A stretch of 64,000 bases of DNA from an uncultured delta proteobacterium (GTDB taxonomy: Bacteria; Desulfobacterota; Zymogenia; Zymogenales; Zymogenaceae): contig CAVTLK010000002.1 of NCBI GenBank assembly GCA_963735595.1, positions 96,001 through 160,000 of the forward strand, given 5' to 3'. Below, in pieces: positions 60,445-64,000 of this stretch. Below the pieces are notes generated by a model that was not told the origin of the DNA, made no database searches, and saw only the letters and a program-made list of their open reading frames with translations. Position 1 is the stretch's first letter; the number at the start of each line of letters is the position of its first letter. Both the position numbers and the translations under genes were made by a program.

Positions 60445-61012
60445 GAGTGCCTCCTATCAGTAAAAAGTTCTTAAGGATCTGTCTGCCGTATTCGGTCATT
60501 ATCGACTCGGGATGGAACTGGATGCCGAATATTGGGTGCTGCCGGTGCCGCACACCCATGATCTCGTCATCGTCGGTCGTCGCGGTGATTTCGAGGCAGT
60601 CGGGAACCGAACCGGGATCGATGACCAGCGAGTGATACCGCACCGCCGAAAAGGGCTTCGGGACGTTCATGAAGACGCCCCCCCGATCGTGGTAGACGGG
60701 GGAGCATTTGCCGTGCATGATCCGCTTTGCCCTGACGATCCGTGCGCCGAATGCGGCGCCGATAGCCTGATGGCCGAGACATACCCCGAGAATCGGTATG
60801 CCGGCACAGCGCCTGATGAGGTCAACCGAGATCCCGGCGTCGTGCGGGGTGCCGGGGCCCGGGGAGATTACGATATAGTCGGGCGAGAGGTCCCGGGCAC
60901 GGTCGGCCGTTATTGCGTCGTTACGGAATACGGCCGGCGTCGTTCCCATCTCCCCGAGGTATTGGACAAGGTTATAGGTAAACGAATCGTAATTATCGAT
61001 CACCAGGATCAT
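60437..61012 (-). CDS. trpG: Anthranilate synthase component II
   Basis: IDNYDSFTYN; SPGPG; GVCLGHQ; RYHSL; QFHPES. Confidence 0.95.
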   Translation of the reverse strand: MILVIDNYDSFTYNLVQYLGEMGTTPAVFRNDAITADRARDLSPDYIVISPGPGTPHDAGISVDLIRRCAGIPILGVCLGHQAIGAAFGARIVRAKRIMHGKCSPVYHDRGGVFMNVPKPFSAVRYHSLVIDPGSVPDCLEITATTDDDEIMGVRHRQHPIFGIQFHPESIMTEYGRQILKNFLLIGGTHD

Positions 61013-61022
61013 GGGAGCCCCC

Positions 61023-62510
61023 CTATCTGTATTCCATATTGTCGGCCGCCATCTGTATGGCCCTGATCATGCCCTTGGCTTTATCGGTGGTTTCCTGATA
61101 CTCCCGATCGGGGTCGGAGTCGTAGACGATCCCGGCGCCGGTCTGGACATAAACCGCCCCATCCCTGACCACCATGGTGCGAATCGTGATGCACATGTCC
61201 ATGTTCCCCGAGAACCCGAGATATCCCACCGAGCCGCCGTACAGCCCGCGGCGGTGCGGCTCCAGTTCGTCGATGATCTCCATGGCGCGGATCTTCGGCG
61301 CGCCGGTCAGCGTACCGGCGGGAAAGGCGGCCCGCAGGACGTCGAAGGCGTCCTTGCCGGCGGCGAGCTTTCCCTCGATGTCGGAAACGATATGCATTAC
61401 GTGGGAGTACTTCTCCACCCTCATCAACTCGGTTACGGCGACGCTGCCGTATTCGGATACCCGCCCGAGGTCGTTTCTCCCCAGGTCAACGAGCATGATA
61501 TGCTCGGCCAGCTCCTTCGGATCGGCCAGGAGTTCGCGGGACAAACGAACGTCCTCGGCGGGACTCTTGCCCCTGGGCCGGGTGCCGGCGATGGGCCTGA
61601 GCTCGACCTTCTGCCCGTCCAGCCGGACGAGGACCTCGGGGGATGAGCCGACAAGGGTTACCGCGTCGAACTTCAGGTAGAAAAGATAGGGTGAAGGATT
61701 GATGGTTCTCAGGGCACGGTAGAGATCGAAAGGGTCGGCGGCGGTCCTGACCATGAGACGCCGTGAGAGAACGACCTGGATAACGTCGCCGCTCTCGATG
61801 TATTGTTTTCCACGGGCGACCGTCCTGAGAAAATCGTCCCGCGTGGTGAGGGAAACCGGCGACTGCGGCGCCTGCGTTTCCCCCGGCGAGACGCCCACAT
61901 CCAACGGTCGATCGAGGCGTCCCTTTATGGTATCGATCTGGTGCGCCGCCTCCCGGTACGCGGCGGTTGTGTCGGTATCGTCTTCGAGGAAGACATTGAC
62001 CGTTACCTTGATGGTATTCTTGACGTTGTCGAAGATGACAATCGTATGGGCTATCACAAAATACATGTCATAGGCCATCGGGTCATCTCCGTCCTTTTCG
62101 GGGAGGCGTTCCATGAAACGAACCATGTCATAGCCGATATAACCGACGGCGCCGCCGAAAAAGCGGGGCAGCCCCTCGACTTCCACCGGCCGATACCGCC
62201 CCATGAACTCCCTCAGTTTTTCGAGGGGGTCGTCGACCGGGCCTTCAAAGATCGTCCGGCCGAGACGTTTGATCTCTACGTATCGCCCCCGGCTGCGGAA
62301 AATGATGCAGGGCCCGATGCCGATGAAGCTGTAGCGCCCCCATTTCTCTCCCCCCTCTACGCTTTCAAGGAGAAAGGAATGATACGGGCCGTCCAGTTTC
62401 CTGAAAGCGGTTACAGGGGTTTCCATATCGGCCAGGAACTCCCGATAGACCGGTATGAGATTGCCGGTCCGGGAGAGCCGGTCAAATTCGGGAAATGACG
62501 GGGTAAGCAT
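61023..62510 (-). CDS. trpE: Anthranilate synthase component I
   Basis: LLES; NPSPY; PIAGTRPRG; EHIMLVDLGRND; GAGIV; ATG at 62510 after GGAGG. Confidence 0.96.
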   Translation of the reverse strand: MLTPSFPEFDRLSRTGNLIPVYREFLADMETPVTAFRKLDGPYHSFLLESVEGGEKWGRYSFIGIGPCIIFRSRGRYVEIKRLGRTIFEGPVDDPLEKLREFMGRYRPVEVEGLPRFFGGAVGYIGYDMVRFMERLPEKDGDDPMAYDMYFVIAHTIVIFDNVKNTIKVTVNVFLEDDTDTTAAYREAAHQIDTIKGRLDRPLDVGVSPGETQAPQSPVSLTTRDDFLRTVARGKQYIESGDVIQVVLSRRLMVRTAADPFDLYRALRTINPSPYLFYLKFDAVTLVGSSPEVLVRLDGQKVELRPIAGTRPRGKSPAEDVRLSRELLADPKELAEHIMLVDLGRNDLGRVSEYGSVAVTELMRVEKYSHVMHIVSDIEGKLAAGKDAFDVLRAAFPAGTLTGAPKIRAMEIIDELEPHRRGLYGGSVGYLGFSGNMDMCITIRTMVVRDGAVYVQTGAGIVYDSDPDREYQETTDKAKGMIRAIQMAADNMEYR

Positions 62511-62529
62511 CGCCGGATACCTCCAAGAC

Positions 62530-62608
62530 AAAAAAAGCCGCGGGTGTTTTCACCCGCGGCAGGCTGAATAAAGAAAGGCCGCGGGTTTTGAGATTCAACC
62601 GCGGCCTT
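62530..62608 (-). terminator. Two tandem attenuator terminators upstream of trpE
   Basis: - strand: AAGGCCGCGG-TTGAATCTCAAAAC-CCGCGGCCTT-TCTTTATT, then GCCGCGGGTG-AAAA-CACCCGCGGC-TTTTTTT. Confidence 0.85.
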
Positions 62609-62637
62609 ACATTATCTTTCTATATGGGAAGATGAGA

Positions 62638-62733
62638 CTATGGGGCGGACGAACCTCCTCGTATGGTATCGCGCCACACCCACCAGATGCCGTTAGCTGC
62701 TGTCTTAAGCACTATTGAAGGAGTCTTGCCCAT
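62638..62733 (-). CDS. trpL: trp operon leader peptide (31 aa)
   Basis: Hand translation MGKTPSIVLKTAANGIWWVWRDTIRGGSSAP*; three Trp codons directly upstream of the terminators and trpE. Confidence 0.85.
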   Translation of the reverse strand: MGKTPSIVLKTAANGIWWVWRDTIRGGSSAP

Positions 62734-62780
62734 GGTTAATCGATCAGTCGATAATGAAAATAGTACATAAACTTTGCGCC

Positions 62781-62808
62781 ACTATATCACGAGGCAAGTA
62801 TCTGTCAA
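62781..62808 (-). promoter_or_regulatory. trp operon promoter
   Basis: - strand TTGACA-N16-TATAGT with extended TG. Confidence 0.7.
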
Positions 62809-62885
62809 CTATTTTTTTAAGTTATGAAAAATTATTTAAAAACAAACCTGATTTTCCGGCTTCCCCGGGCCGGCGGGGGCGTACT

Positions 62886-64000
62886 TTACCCCGGGATTCG
62901 GTCGAGGAGGGGGCCGAGCTTCACGAACCGCTCGTACAGCGCATCGTAGACCTCTCTGCCGCCGGACGGCCCTATGGTTCGGGAAAAGAAGTCGATACCC
63001 GAGAGCGCCTCGTTGTGATCCCGGAAGACTCCCAGCCCTATGAATCCGAAGATCGCCGCGCCGACGACCGTGTTCTCCGACTGCCGGGTCAGGCGGATGG
63101 GTATATCGAGGACGTCGGCCCTGATTCGGTTGAGCAGCTCGTTTCGCGACCCCCCGCCCACTATGGTCAGACGGGAGAATCTCTCTCCGGAAAGCGTCGA
63201 AAGCAGCGTCATCGCCTCGCGTAGCTGAAACGCCAATCCCTCCAAGAACGCCCGATAGATTGCGCCGCGGCTGCTTGCCAGGGTCAGGCCCGTGATCGCG
63301 CCCGCGGCATCGTACCTCTTGGCAATACCCGATCCTCGAATGAAGGAGGGATAGACCATGATTCCCTGTGCGCCGGGGTCTACGCGCCCGGCCTCGGCGA
63401 TCATCAGGTCGTACCCCCTTTTTTTTGCTTTTGCCGCCCCAAAGAAGGCGCCGGCGGCCCATTCCAACGCCCCCGATCCTATCCATTGAAAGCCGGAGTC
63501 GAAAAGCCCCGCGACGGCGTCGCACTCGTTCTTGAGCCCGAGCGCACGTGCCCGGGCCGACGTATCGGGAGCGGTCCGGCGCACGAAGAGGACCTCCCAG
63601 GTACCCGAGCTCAGTATCGCCTCTCCGGGAGGGCAGCCGGAGCCGGCGATCGCAAACTGGGTGTCGTGGCCGGCCGCAACCACCGGCACGCCGGCGGGGA
63701 GCCCGAGCCCGTGAGCGGCCCGGCGAGTCAGCGTCCCGATGATAGTCCCCGGCTCAACGAGCGGAGGGAAGAGTGACGGGTCGAGACCGGCCCGATTAAT
63801 CAAACCTTTCGAATAGTCGCGCCGGCGTATGTCCAACAGCATCATGCTGTCGGCGGTGGTGGGGTCGTTGGTCATGCGGCCGGTCAAGCGGAAATTTATA
63901 ATCCCGGGTGTCATGAGGTAGGCGTACGCATGGTCGAGCGCCTGAGGGGCGTTGGCTTTGAGCCAGAAGAGGCGAAGGAGGGTGTGCTGGCTCATGACCT
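62886..64000 (-). CDS. fucK: FGGY carbohydrate kinase, L-fuculokinase-like (5' end outside the window)
   Basis: AGHDTQFA; LSSGTWE; RAFLEG; VGGGSRNELLNRIRAD. Confidence 0.75.
   Translation of the reverse strand, partial: VMSQHTLLRLFWLKANAPQALDHAYAYLMTPGIINFRLTGRMTNDPTTADSMMLLDIRRRDYSKGLINRAGLDPSLFPPLVEPGTIIGTLTRRAAHGLGLPAGVPVVAAGHDTQFAIAGSGCPPGEAILSSGTWEVLFVRRTAPDTSARARALGLKNECDAVAGLFDSGFQWIGSGALEWAAGAFFGAAKAKKRGYDLMIAEAGRVDPGAQGIMVYPSFIRGSGIAKRYDAAGAITGLTLASSRGAIYRAFLEGLAFQLREAMTLLSTLSGERFSRLTIVGGGSRNELLNRIRADVLDIPIRLTRQSENTVVGAAIFGFIGLGVFRDHNEALSGIDFFSRTIGPSGGREVYDALYERFVKLGPLLDRIPG

Noticed and set aside
62715..63224. 169-aa + strand ORF over the trp promoter
   Set aside because: Antisense to the fucK-like gene and the promoter; no recognisable motifs
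1..64000. tRNA, rRNA, T-box or known riboswitch
   Set aside because: No recognisable conserved motifs by eye; a tRNAscan/Infernal run would be needed to exclude them fully

Overview
GC-rich (visually about 60%) bacterial chromosomal segment. Gene content and order (scpA-scpB-rluB, a DHH/CBS tRNA nucleotidyltransferase, hisHAF-rsmD-coaD-aspC, an AMMECR1 protein) suggest a diderm anaerobe of the Desulfobacterota/deltaproteobacterial type; this is inference only. Most of the window is housekeeping and envelope genes. These include a LolA/LolCDE-like export cluster with a beta-barrel, a TolC-TetR-HlyD-YbhFSR-like efflux operon, a fabG-ACP-dehydratase mini-cluster, pyk-lgt, sugar-nucleotide genes coupled to his genes, larE, an HD-GYP regulator, a complete trpEGDCFBA operon and a partial fucK-like kinase. 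No rRNA, tRNA, CRISPR array, integrase or transposase gene was recognised. Many genes between about 9 and 21 kb (also near 0.7 and 50.8 kb) are broken by apparent single-base insertions, most likely long-read consensus errors. The most interesting signals are missing from the ORF track. (1) A TrpL leader peptide (WWVWR) with an antiterminator and two tandem, sequence-related terminators. (2) Two copies of an 83-85 bp inverted-repeat element (GGGGACA..CTTAATT), each near GTCATTGCGAG-type palindromes; one bounds a low-GC two-gene islet whose other edge is a perfect 25-bp tandem repeat. (3) A FabZ-like protein lacking the catalytic His. (4) A BMP plus amino-acid-binding domain fusion. (5) A small family of secreted SH3 paralogues. 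I cannot establish a complete new biological system from the sequence alone; the repeat-bounded islet is the best lead.
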